Below the pieces are notes generated by a model, which worked only from the letters and a program-made list of their open reading frames with translations, did no database searches and had not been told where the DNA came from. Positions 51,801 through 64,000 of a stretch of DNA of 64,000 nt are shown one piece after another; the first letter of the stretch is position 1, and every line of letters starts with the position of its first letter. The position numbers and the translations under genes are program-made. Source of the stretch: Botryllus schlosseri (taxonomy: Eukaryota). The stretch is taken from contig CM119384.1 of NCBI GenBank assembly GCA_051294905.1, positions 3,038,001-3,102,000 on the forward strand, written 5' to 3'.

Positions 51801-54800
51801 CGTCACTGACTTTCCATCGAGGTTGATCTGCATGGCCAACGGCCATCCTAACTTCAGCTGCTCCCTCAACATTTCAGCTACGTCATCACCCGTACTTTTG
51901 AATCCAAATGAGAAATACACGAGCAACCTCTTTTATCTATCGTTGACGAATGGCTTCATTTCTTCAAACCATTTTAGGACAAGTTCAATGGCCCCTGCAT
52001 CTCGCTTCATCTGTGTCTCGGTAAGGTCTCTGTCAACGGGTACACGTCTACTGACGTCATCCTCTATTCACCGGTTTGACATCTGACTGTGAGTGAGCAC
52101 CCAACATCTGTGACCAGAAAAGCTGTTGCTCATTCTCCCTCTGCTCGGTTCACCAACGTGGTTGCCGAGGGCGGGAGACGTTCTAATGCAGTGGCTCTCA
52201 AACTGGGGGGGGGGGGGGGGGGTCGTGGAAGCATCTGAGTGGAGGCGCGAGGCCGCCTGAGAGAAATGATTTTCTTGAACTCGGAAATAGTTTAAATTTG
52301 TGCTGAAAATCAAAGTTTCAATAATGGCAATGATTGTAATTGGGCCTATATTTCGATTTGAAATGTCATTATTCTGCCGTATCATCCTTGCACTGATATT
52401 AGATTTTGAGTGACACGGAACCTTGCACTAATAAGAAAATGTCACTGAATGAAGTGTAACTGGTACATACGTGAAGCTGCCGTTGATTTTTGATTTAGGT
52501 TGTGGTCAGATCTGTTCGAGCTACGCTACGCTCAAGTGGGGTAATAGAAGCGGTTACGCACCAAAATTGCTGGAATATCTATGTGCTACATATTATCATT
52601 GCACATGGTTATGTTTAATAAATTATTTAAAGTATTTAACTGGAATACTTAAATACTTAACTACTTAACTATACTTACTTAACTACTTTAAATAATTTAT
52701 TAAACATAACCATGTGCAATGATAACATGTAGCACATAGATATTTGAGAGGTGTCTCAACAGCCACAATTCCTCTCGTGCCACCAAACAATGCATTGGGA
52801 TTGCAAATATTCTGGTTGCTCTTCTTAATATTTTTCGTTATGACGATAAGAGGGGGGTGAATTTTTTTACTATATCTAGGGGCGTGTCGAAAAAAGCTTG
52901 AGAACCACTGATGATGGCCTGCAGGTGTGAAGCATCTTGGTAACAATGCAGGACCGATTCCCATTGTGGTCTGCGAGTCACGCGGTTCTGATAAAGAAAG
53001 ACCTTGGGCATATCTACCATGCAGTGGTACTCAACCCAGAGTGCAGCTGTTCTTCCTCATTTTACAAATCGATTGAACGTTTCTTCAAACCTTCGATGAA
53101 ATACTCGCACTACTGGGTCACAGTGTCTGGCTTCCATTTCCCAATCAGCCACCTTTTCCATGAATGACTTTATGTCACCACGCTTATCCTCAGTTAAGGC
53201 AATTTCCATGGTATGTTGATAGATAGCTGCATCGATGAGGAGGTGAGCACGGATTGCCTTGTCAAAACACCATCCATGATGTGGCTATGGTTGCTGTGCT
53301 TCCAGCATAGATCAACTGAATCACATCTAGTAGCTAAGAATATTCCATGTTGTTTCCAATTGATCCAATATATGATTTCAACAGGTGAAAACCACACAAC
53401 CTTGGAATGACTGGCAAATTTGTCTGCTTCATTATATATATAGCCTTCAGCGGAATCGGAAGACCCACGATCACTATAGGGCCATAGAATGCTGTGTGCA
53501 CTCTTTTAAGAGTGGTGGAGAAGGTTGAGGTCATCAGGGTCTCCTTCAATAACTGGAATGAACTCGATCTGTGTGCGATGTTATGCATCATTAGCATTGA
53601 TTCTCTTCATCCAGCCATTCCAGTTGGAATGTTGAAACTCAAGATCGTAGGCTTTAATGACCCAAACCGCTGCTCATAGTATGTTACCTGGATAGATGAG
53701 AGGCTGATCCAAGCTGATCCATGAGCCAAGGATCAGAAATTATGGTGAAACAGCGACGATCCATTCAGTAACAATCGACAATGAACTCACACATAGCCGT
53801 GCTGGGTTCATAGTCGCTTCTTTACTTCGGTACAATTGCGTCTATCTTACAAAACGGATTGATACAGAAACACCGTTTCACCCCTTTCTGCATTGCTTAG
53901 TACTGTATTTGAGGAATTACTGTACTGGTTTTAACCCTATATATGTGTGTTTTACGCAGTATTACAGTATACAGAATTTGTTGAATCGTTCGGTATCGAA
54001 TTACTGAATGCTGTACCTATGACGGTATAACTATGCCATCAGTGCCATTACTTTTACATATATTTCCACAAAACAGTCTGTAGTAAAATGTTAATTTTAC
54101 CAACCAATTGGGAATCCTGAAAAACCATTATTAAACCCATCCTTAGTTACTTATAGCCGATAAAGATTTTTTTCAATTTTTTAATCCATTTTATTTTTTC
54201 AAATTTGTCAAATTCAACAGCTTTTTTTCGGGGTTTCCCACAAGAGTTGGACTTCAACATTTTAACGCATGTTATAAGAGACCTTCAGAGACATATTGGT
54301 GAATAAATTGTTTGGTAACAATATAGTTGACAGATTTGTGAAATATTTCATAAAATGCCCTTACTGCACGTTAAGAACCGCCGCACTATACAGTCATATT
54401 TATTAGGGATGGTGCGAACCTCTGAAAGGTTCAGGTTCGTGTGAACGCGAACCTTTTTGAAAGGTTCTGTGTGAACGCGAACGTGAACCTCGTGACGTCT
54501 CGTGACGTCATATTGCTAATTCCAACCCTATCTTTCAATGAAGTGATAGCCTATATTAATGTACACGATACCTAGCGACTAGGGATGGTGTGAACGCGAG
54601 GTTCACGTTCGCGTTCTGTGTGTGAACCTCGGAAATTTAGAGGTTCGCGTTCACAACAGAACCTTGGTAGGTTCTGCACTGTGAACCTTTTTGGTAAATT
54701 GTAATTTGGACTTCACTATAAGATCTTTGATTAAAACATATTGCATTTCAACTGCGGGACACTCTATGCATGGCGCTGGCAGCATAAAAAATCAACACTA

Positions 54801-57800
54801 AACGAGCATGCGCCTTGACAACATTAAAAGTTTTACTTGCTTTTTGGTTGCAAAATATTTCTCGAAATATCCAGCTTTCCGTTTGTGAATATTTAGTGAC
54901 TCTCTGCTGTGAACTTGACCCGAAATCACACAACATCACGAGCGAAATATACGTAGTCAGCGAATGATGCTTATTCAACCAATCAATGACATTGATATCG
55001 TTTTCTGATGTAAAAAATCGAGCGGGCGTACGGGGTCAATCTTGACTTCATATCCTTACTGTATCATTGAAACCAAATCCGTGCGATTAAGGTGCTGGCT
55101 ACTGCTATATAACTTGTTGTTTACGGTATCGGTAGCGAGTATAGAAACCCGTTTTACACTCTGCTCAATATCAATGTAGCAATACTCCGACTCCGAACAC
55201 ATTGCCCGGTCTGTCAAAGACCGTTAAGGCGTAAGCTTATATTCCCTGGTAAGTCCTGGTCGAAATTGTTGGCAAAGCGACGGAATGTATTGATTTTATG
55301 AGATTATTATATGCCTTCATAGCCGAGATTGATACATTGAGCGACGTTTAAAACGCCAATATGTACTTCAGCAATGTGACATTATGTGACCCGAGTCTTC
55401 GCTAGGTATCGTGTACATTAATATAGGCCAGAGGTCTCAAACTCAAATGTGGTCGCGGGCCAATTTTCCAGTTTTTGACGACGCCGCGGGCCGCAGCATC
55501 GATAAGGCTATTCCATGTCTTTCCAAGTAGGCCTTAGTTGACGGGATGAAGTTGTGCTATTAAAAGTGAGCTGATACAGCAGACTGACATTCAACACGCA
55601 TCGTAAAAATGTGATTTATTCTTGTATCAATTTAGGCCTGGCATGAAAAAATCATTACATTTATAACTATTTTAATAGAAATGTTGTTGTACTTGATATA
55701 TATTAATTATAAGATATAGACGCCATGTGAGCGGAAAAATATATAATGTTATCATAAAAGCTATCACGTTATAATTTTGCAGCTACTATGAATATTGTGA
55801 ATTTAACAGATTGATAATAATAGAGATTGATCTGATATCACAGCATTTGGGGTTCAGCAGTGTAGCCCAATCCAGGATTTGGGTATACTCCTGATAAGTG
55901 GGTTATTAAGCTCATGGTCAATTACCTTCGAATAGAGCAGAAAAATAACAATATAAATATAATAATGAATGTGTCATAGGTATAGAAATGTCGAAATGCC
56001 GAACAACCCATTGTTGTTATATCTACGAGCGTACCACTACGGCACTCGTACCTTTAAGTAGCCTAATAACATGATTTAGCGATCCAAGATGTAACGAATA
56101 GATTGCCAATGGTTGCCAAAACTACTTGCTTAGTAAGCGAAATACCATGCAGCGACCTTCTGGTCTATTACTATTCCCATGACTCCGTGTCCACTCGGGT
56201 CATTTTCATTTAACCATTGAGTCAGCCCGAGTCGGAGTAATTCTAATAAAGGTCGCGTCCAAGTCCAACTCACAAATTTCAGTCACGCATCGTTTAAGCA
56301 TAGTGCTGTAAACGACTATCGTCTAAGGGTCAGGGTTTATCATCATGAATTGGAAATGTGGCGAAATAGTGAAAATTCTACTGCAGGGACGCGGATAGTG
56401 AAGTTTAATGAATAGTTCCAGGCTTTCGGAGCAATAGAGCGAATTTCCACTTTAAAACTTGAAAAGATATATGTGCCACTTATATATTGTAAAATAATTG
56501 AAAATCTAAAATGTCGTCACGGGCCGCACAAAATGATCTGGCGGGCTGCATGCGGCCCGTGGGCCGCGTGTTTGAGACCTCTGATATAGGCTATCACTTC
56601 ATTGAAGGATAGGGTTGGAATTAGCAATATGACGTCACGAGGTTCACGTTCGTGTTCACACAGAACCTTTCAAAAAGGTTCGCGTTCACACGAACCCGAA
56701 CCTTTCAGAGGTTCACACCATCCCTACTAGCGACGACTGGGGTCACATAATGCCATAATGCTGAAGTACATTTTGGCGATTTAAACGTCGCTATATGTAC
56801 CAACTGGGGCAATCAGATGATATAATACTCCCATAAAATCAATATCATCCGTGGCTTTGCCAATAATTTTGAAGAGGTGTTGCCAGGGAATATAAACTTA
56901 CGCCTTAACGGTCTTGACCAGACCAGGCAATGTATTCGTGTATGAGTATTGCTACATTGGTATTGGGCAGAGTGTAATACAGGTTGTTATACTTGCTAAC
57001 GATATTAGGCTACCCCAAAAGTTATACAGCTGTAGCCAACACCTCGATCGCACGTATCTGGTTTTAATGATACAGTAAACATATGAAGTGAAGATAGACC
57101 CCGTACGCTAGCTAGATTTGTCACATCAAAAAACGATATCAATCTCATTGATTGGTTGAATCGCTCTCTACATGTTATGTATGTCGCTCGTGATGTTATG
57201 TGATTGCGGGTCAGCTCACAGCAGAGAGTCACTATATATTCACAAACGGAAAGTTGGATATTTAGAGCAAAATTTTTGTAACAAAGCAAGTAAAATCTTT
57301 GAAATTGTCAAAGTGGATGCTCGTTTTGAGTTGTTTTTTTTATGCTGCCGGCGTCATTCATAGGGTGGCCCGCAGTTGAAATGCAATAAATTCGAACCAA
57401 AGATGTCATCATGAAGTGAAAATTGTAATATATGAAAAAGGTTCACAGTGCAGAACCTACCAAGGTTCTGTTGTGAACCCGAACCTTCAAATTCCCGAGG
57501 TTCACACACAGAACGCGAACGTGAACCTCGCGTTCACACCATCCCTAATATTTATATACAGAGAAAATGAAAACGTCCTCACCCGCTTTCCGTGCAACTG
57601 CTTTCGGTGTCGGTTGCGGCTGCGGCTGTGGGTAACTCTTCGGTATTGGCGACATCTAAAGTCCCCGAATCACAATCATTCATTTGTTATCATTTCATCA
57701 ACTACGTAAAGATAGAAACGAGTCGGAACAACCTACTAAAGTCGTTCAAACAAACACGCACCTTGATAAAATACGCACCTCGGATAATAATGAAAATTAG

Positions 57801-60800
57801 ACATTAAAAATAGACGGGCAAGCAGAATGGTACCTTCAAAATGATAACATAAAAGCGACGAAAATATAAACGCACGACTGCACGAGGTACGGACGAAGTC
57901 GATGATGGTAATACAATGCACTAGATCAGGGGTGGCCAGCAATCCGTGGTCCGGGAGTAATATTCGGAATTAGTTATATTGCAAGGCCAACAAAAATTTG
58001 ATTACAGCCTACTGCGACGTTTGGGATGTTGATGACTACAATATCAGTTCTGACGCATTGGCGTAGCCAGCGGCCAGCCACATTTTTCGTAGATCATCGC
58101 ATATTACAATAAGGTAGGTTCTAGGCAGAATTATTCAACTTGGAAGGTTTCTTCGCGCTATGCAATTTACTGCGTCTCGATCAATGATAAACGTTTGTCT
58201 GCCGAAACCTTCGATAATGATACGTCCAGGCGACGTATAGTACTGTCTAGGGATGGTGTGAACGTGAGGTTCACGTTCGCGTTCTGTGCGTGAACCTCAG
58301 ATATTTAGAGGTTCACGTTCACAAACGAACCTTGGTAGGTTCTGCACTGTGAACCTTTTTCATATATTACAATTTTCACTTCATTATAACATCTTCGGTT
58401 GAAATCAATTACATTTCTACTGCGGGACGCTCTATGCATGACGCTGGCAGCATAAAAACATCAACAGTAAACGAGCATGCACCTTAACCATCTCAAAAAT
58501 TTTACTTGCTTTTCTACAAACGTTTGCTCGTTTTATCCAGGTTTCGGTTTGTGAATATTTAGTGATTCTCTGCTGTGAGCTTGACCCTCAATCACGCATC
58601 AAGAACGAAATATACTACATGTAGCGTAAATAGTCAGCGAATGATGCTTATTCAAATATTCCACCAATCAACGAAATTGATGTCGTTGTCTGACGTAAAA
58701 ATCTAGCAGGCATACGGGGTCAATCTTAATTTCATATATTTATTGTATCATAAAAATCAAATGCAATTGGGGTGTTGGCTACTGCTGTATAACTTGTTGA
58801 TGGGGTAATATCGGTTGATGGGGTAATATCGGTAGCAACTAGCAAGCCTCTGCTCAATATCAACGTAGCAATACTCAGACGCCGAATACATTCTCCGGTG
58901 CGGCCTAGACCGTTAAGGCGTAAGCTTATATTCTCTTGCAAGTCCTCGTTGAAATTGTTGGGCAAAGCGACGGAAGATATTGATTTTCATGGGATGATTA
59001 TATCAATTGATTGCCCCAGTTGATACATCTGGCGGCGTTTAAAACGTCAATATGTACTTGAGCATGGTGGCATTATGTGGCCCGAGTCGTCGCTAGGTAT
59101 CGTGTACACTGTATGTACATCAATATAGGCTATCATTTCACTGAAATGTAGGGTTGTAATTAGCAATATGACGTCACATGACGTCATGAGGTTCACGTTC
59201 GGGTTCACACAGAACCTTTCATAAAGGTTCGCGTTCACACGAACCTGAACCTTTCAGAGGTTCACACCATCCCTAAACCGAGCCCAGCGACTCGCAATAT
59301 ATGTATGTAACAATATTACTGACCGAACTCACTTTATTAACCAATTTTCGCGCTTATTGTCGCGGCTAGGACATAACCGGGCGAATTTTCGTAGCATAAA
59401 CGTGTCCGATATTTATGCGTGGTCTTATTTTCACCGTTACCTAGTCCGGCTTTCTCCTGTCGGACGACTAAAAATGTCATCCACAATCAAGTGGCCAACG
59501 CAATGAATCGTAAAAGGCATTTGGCCCCTTCGGAAACCTTTTACTAGCACTTTGGCTAGCAAGGCCAATTATGGAAATTACCAGTAAACGCCAGCAAACA
59601 ATGAATTTTCGACAGGTTGGATATTTAGCTGGAATCGGGCGCGCTGATAAGTGTAAACCTTGTGCATCTTGTGAAAAAAATTCCAATATCGAGGAGTTTC
59701 AAAAATATTGCAATTATTTGGATGCTCATTTTATGAAAAGCCCAATAGTGGTCAAACCCAAAAAGTTGACATATTGTATACAGATGTAATCCAAAAAACA
59801 ATACTTCCGATAACGAAAATGGTTGTTTCTGAAAACAAGCCTATCCGAGAATAAAACCAATTCAGTACTTCACTGAACGCATTTGAGAAATATCCTAAAT
59901 ATGGAATCGCTGGCACTTCATGGGATTAAGTAAAATCCTAAATTTAGGATTGTTGGCAGTCAAAGTGCTAGGGAACCGGAAGTCGCCTTGATTTCTTCAT
60001 CATGTTGGCGCAATGTCCAATGCACACACCTGGCAGACTCTGATAGCCAGCGATATACCGAATTAATTCCAGTTCGAACTCCAGCATAGGTTGCCAACTT
60101 TAACGGATAGTTATAGGTCACATGAGTCGAGTAATTTCAGCGTCGACTCTATAAAGGTTCGGTTGGTAAGCAGCATCCGAGGGAGACCTCGATAGCACTT
60201 GTTTCATTGACGAGAATTATTAGCATTATATGAATTTACCTGCCGGACGGCTAGGACGCAGCACGAGGCGCATCGGCGAGGGAATAACGAACAGGGCGTC
60301 GCTTCTCTTTACTGGTCTACAAAAATGATAAATTTTAGTACTCTATATTGAAACGTGTCGCACGGGATGTCAATAAAATGAGGGCGTCGAAGAAACATGC
60401 TAAAAAATCTCGAGATATGCCCAAAACGCAGCACTATGATAATAGTCCAAGTAATACACAATGTAATCGGCTCAGAGGGGATTGGTGGCCACTGGTCAGT
60501 TACGAGTAATCGAGTAGGTTTTGTCTGCGTGCACTGCTTACTCAAGTGAGCATGGTTTGTAACTAGGCTACTTCCACTTCTGACCCTACTTAGCAAGCAA
60601 GACTACTTTGTATACCTTGCGTTTCGTGAAGTAGAAAATAGTCATTGTATATGCACGTATCGCTATTAGGGATGGTATGAATGTGAGGTTCACGTTCGCG
60701 TTCATCGTGTGTGAAGTTCAGAAAGTTAAAGGTCCAGGGTGACAAACGAACCTTAGGTTATGTACTGTAAACCTTTTCCATTCATTTCAATTTTTCACGT

Positions 60801-62136
60801 AATTATAATATATTTGGCTGTAATGCTTTGCATTTCACCTTTGAACCACTCTATGCAGGGCGCTGGCTGCATAAACACATCAGCACTAAACGAGCATGCA
60901 CCTTGCCAACCTTAAAAAAATATACTTGCTTCGTTATGAATGTTTGCTCGGAATATTCAGCTTTCCGTTTGTGAATTTTAGTGACTCTCTATATTGTGAG
61001 CTCGACCCACATCCACACAACATCAAAAACGAAATATACTACATGTAGGTATGGGTAGTCAGCGAATGATGCTTATTCAGCCAATTTTTGAATTTGATAC
61101 AAAGAATAAGTGTTGTCTAATGCAAAAAAAATCCAGCAGGCGTATGTGGGATCAATTTTGATTTGATATGTTTATTATATCATAAAATCCAAAGCTGGGC
61201 GATTGGGTTGCTGGCTACTGTATAGCTTGTTCATGGGGTAATATCGGCAGAAAGTATATCGGTAGCAAATATAGAAACCCGTTTTACACTCTGCTCAATG
61301 TCAATGTAGCAATATTCAGACGCCGAATACATTGTCCGGTCTGGCCTCGACCGTTATGGCGTAAGCTTATATTCCCTTGCAAATCCTCGTCGAAATTGCT
61401 AGCAAAGCGACGGAAGATATGATTTCATGGGGTTCTTATAGCATTTGATTGCTTCAGTTGATACATCCTGTACTTTAGCATTGTGGCATAACGTGGCATT
61501 AGTCGTCGCTGGGTATCATATGTACATCGTATAATGTACATTAATATACCACTTCATTGAAATGTACAGTTGGAATTAGCAGTATGACGTCACGTGACAC
61601 AAGGTTCACGTTCGCGCCCACACATCAGAACCTTTCGAAAAGGTTCGCGTCCACACGGACCATCCCTAACCGCTATTATGAGTGAAATTTTTATGTAAAC
61701 TGGGCGAGAGCGACCCTGTATCAAGATAACCGAGTATATACGCTTTGTACAGTTGTAGGCCTACCTATTTGTAGAGTCATTGATCATTTTGAGTTAGTCG
61801 AGAAGTTGCCCCCTCGATGTTCGAATGTGTAGCCACCTTGTTACATGCTGAAAGTGTGTACCCCATTCTTGAAACTAATTGCTCGAGCACTTTCCCTATC
61901 TTCATTTTCTTGTGATAGAAGTCCACATTTGGCTGAAATTGTTACTTCCAAATGATTAGAAATGCTGACTGCTTTGACCACCTCCGAACCTGATATACAT
62001 TTGATACGTCAAGTTTTGATTTGGTACTGCGGGACACTACTTCCATGGAGTTATCTTCACATCTGATATCGTTAAAAACAGATGTTTCAATTCCTATCGT
62101 TATTCTGAATTCTCACCTTCCTTGACTGGAGGCCAT
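42804..62136 (-). CDS. Paralogue 3 of the TPR-like family (about 487 aa predicted)
   Basis: Coding exons 62136-62117 (MASSQG), 60316-60240, 57655-57583, 50159-50023, 49905-49807 and 43861-42804; same phases; 1464 nt open. AATAAA at 42739-42744. Confidence 0.85.
44443..45703 (-). mobile_element. Degenerate GACTC-family hAT MITE with internal insertions
   Basis: Ends cagtgttggga / ccaaacactg; TSD gtaattac / gtaatcac. Confidence 0.7.
46923..49767. mobile_element. TIR element (TA-flanked, Tc1/mariner- or Harbinger-like) hosting a nested hAT
   Basis: Inverted repeats ct[gt]cgtttccatgcacggccga at both ends, each flanked by TA; superfamily ambiguous. Confidence 0.55.
47305..49309 (-). mobile_element. 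Decayed hAT transposon with GGTAT subterminal arrays
   Basis: TIR cagggcatggtatgg, perfect TSD gttctggt. Minus-strand relics IVGLVTD (about 48160) and PVHCSAHSVHCVL (about 47910) resemble the hAT catalytic D and CxxH motifs. Confidence 0.85.
50574..54366 (-). mobile_element. Decayed Academ (AcademX-like) DNA transposon
   Basis: Imperfect TIRs of about 250 bp beginning YAGTAA, 3-bp TSD cac. Broken minus-strand ORF: NWNGWM..IEFIPVIEGDPDD, PRLCGFHLLKSYIGSIG, AIRAHLLIDAA, MKRD..WF...PF, IDDGWLLYMVRW..VVFDGY (XPG/PIN-like) and CGCHKDCNGR..CISACGLCKG (Cys-rich finger). Confidence 0.8.
52574..52744. repeat. Small AT-rich hairpin element inside the Academ relic
   Basis: Arms of about 60 bp (52574-52634 / 52684-52744) are near-perfect inverted repeats around a tacttaa-repeat spacer. 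Confidence 0.8.
54580..56726 (+). mobile_element. TAGGGATGGTG-family hAT MITE, middle layer
   Basis: Perfect TSD ctagcgac; same family as its host, in opposite orientation. Confidence 0.9.
55429..56583. mobile_element. hAT MITE, innermost layer
   Basis: TIR cagaggtctcaaac, perfect TSD atataggc; a fragment of this family also lies reversed at about 15850-15990. Confidence 0.9.
58248..59275 (+). mobile_element. TAGGGATGGTG-family hAT MITE
   Basis: Both TIRs present and colinear with 13781-14688; no TSD recognisable. Confidence 0.85.
60667..61668 (+). mobile_element. TAGGGATGGTG-family hAT MITE
   Basis: Both TIRs present; TSD atcgctat / accgctat. Confidence 0.85.
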
Positions 62137-62879
62137 CTTCAGCGAAACAAAAAGTTCTAAACGTATGAATCAACTAAACATAAATGCAAAATGTTACCAA
62201 GGATTCACGACGACACTGACGTCCATGATCCAAGTTGGATCTGATCCATTGCTGTCGAGCTGACACGCTAATGATCGCATCTTTTGTACCTATTCTAGAA
62301 GGGTTGCCAATTACTAAAGGGCTCTGGGAGCTAGATCTTCTATAAAATGGCGCCGAATTGACTGAAGTATTGTTAATATTCAAAACATCCCTATGTATCA
62401 AGAAGAATGAGTTGCAGCAGTTCAGTTATGCCAACGATAGGCTACTAGAAATAGCACGCGGGAGTAGGAATTCAATGTTCATTCAAATGTTTCACTGCAT
62501 AAGATGGTAGAGTTGAAGCAGCCTCCGTCCAAATTTCTCTGGAGTCACACCCATATATCTACTTAGTTTAATCAGAACAACCTCAGTTGCGGTAGGTCGG
62601 TATAGCCCACTTTCCTATCGAAGCACCTGCTATAGTTGCAACCTATCTAAAATATCCTGAAAACAAATTGTCATTGTGATGGTTGAACAAATGTGAAATG
62701 CCAGAATAGTGCCTATCTGTTAAACTTATAATCATGGTGCCAAGAAACTTGAAGAAGGGCCGAAATTCGGAAATTTGGCAGCCAGTCGTGCCAATTGGCA
62801 ACACTGTTATCTATAGTATCTGGTATGAAGTTGATATGGTAACCTGACATCACTTGAACAAGATTTATATATATTGGCC

Positions 62880-63400
62880 TACTGTCGCTCGGTCATATAA
62901 AAGTAGCTGTTCTATATCGTTCGAAGAGACTCATTTTGCAAACCTACAACTACAACACACTTGTCATAAGTGTAGCCCATATATTTGCTGAGTGAATCTA
63001 TGGATTAAAACTTCGCAACCCCTGGAAAGCAGGGTCGCAAGTTAAGTACTGGTACAGCTCTACCTATGCTGCTAATTGGTTACCTACCATCAGCTACCTC
63101 GTTACTTCAGACTAGCTAGTTCAACGAACTGCACTATATCAGCACAGTACAAAAAGGAGATTTATCCAACGGTGGATCATACCGCTATGCAGAAACCGAG
63201 AGCTCGGTTGTCCCGCGTTGCTGCAGTGCATTGAACCTTCTTTGACATGACCCTAATGTGAAACACGTAAACCAGTCACCGCCAAAACAATCTAAATTGT
63301 GTCATTATTAGCGTCAGATGACCATGAAATGCAAACTCAATTATTGCTTTACAGCAGACGTCTCGCGGTTCGCACCGGACAAATTGGTTAAACGTATGGC
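62880..63400. promoter_or_regulatory. Conserved upstream block of paralogue 3
   Basis: Homologous to 19200-19640 and 38350-38820. Confidence 0.55.
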
Positions 63401-63547
63401 TTTGTTCTTGGCACCTCCGGGTATAGCCCAAGTCTGAAAAGTATGTGTCGCAGCATCCTTCATCGTTGACCGGTCAGAATCGTGTGGCAGTTTTCAAATT
63501 GCTGGAACTAGAAGTTAAATTCGTTGATTTATAACAGTGGTTCCCAA

Positions 63548-63781
63548 TAGCGATGGTGTGAACTTGGGGGCCAAGTTCGCGTTCTGTGTGTGAACCGCAG
63601 AAATTTAAAGGTTCGCGTTCACCAACGAACCTCGGTAGGTTGACGAGGTTCGGCACTGTGGCCTTTTTCGTGTATTACAATTTTTACGTCATTATAACAA
63701 CTTTGGTTGAAATTTATTTCATTTCAACTTAGGGTCACTCTATATGCATGGTGCTGGCAGAATAACAAATTAACACTAAAC
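63548..63781 (+). mobile_element. Truncated TAGGGATGGTG-family MITE
   Basis: Left TIR and first roughly 230 bp only. Confidence 0.7.
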
Positions 63782-64000
63782 TAGCATAATAAAATAGATG
63801 TATTTCAAGCAGTTATGAGTAAATCAAAGCGAGTAGTTTGACGTGATGCGCATAAAATCACATTCAGTTCCGAGTAGCCAATATAATGATTCAAATAATT
63901 ATTTTCGAAAATAGTCTGACTATACGATATTAAAGGCAAACATGTAATCCATCAACCACGCCTATATATACAATTATACATATATATAGGTCTAGGGACA

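Larger units (their letters stand above)
54404..57547 (-). mobile_element. TAGGGATGGTG-family hAT MITE, outer layer of a nest
   Basis: Perfect TSD atatttat. Confidence 0.9.

Noticed and set aside
52204-52221. Poly-G run as a regulatory G-quadruplex
   Set aside because: A single homopolymer inside a decayed transposon; likely slippage or a sequencing artefact.

Overview
This is AT-rich eukaryotic (invertebrate metazoan, possibly tunicate; inference) genomic DNA with spliceosomal introns and a heavy load of DNA transposons. Most entries in the supplied ORF track are spurious. Reading splice sites by eye gives four main results. (1) A tandem array of three minus-strand paralogues (12125-18872, 25655-37013, 42804-62136) of a gene family I do not recognise. 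Each has six coding exons with identical intron phases and encodes a disordered N-terminus with short conserved motifs, a TPR-like helical domain and a Lys-rich 9-aa-repeat tail. The three long ORFs in the track are only their last exons. (2) A multi-exon minus-strand gene at the window start (about 6450 down to at least 1242) encoding a predicted secreted protein with trefoil/P-type-like Cys domains. (3) A decayed Academ-like transposon with long TIRs and a 3-bp TSD, hAT relics and MITEs with 8-bp TSDs (including three-level nesting and a composite MITE that moved as a unit), foldback elements with 7-bp TSDs, and tRNA-derived SINEs. (4) Candidate plus-strand exons conserved just upstream of each paralogue, suggesting a divergent partner transcript inside the duplicated unit. 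No CRISPR, rRNA or intact tRNA gene was seen. All gene models are manual predictions without transcript data.
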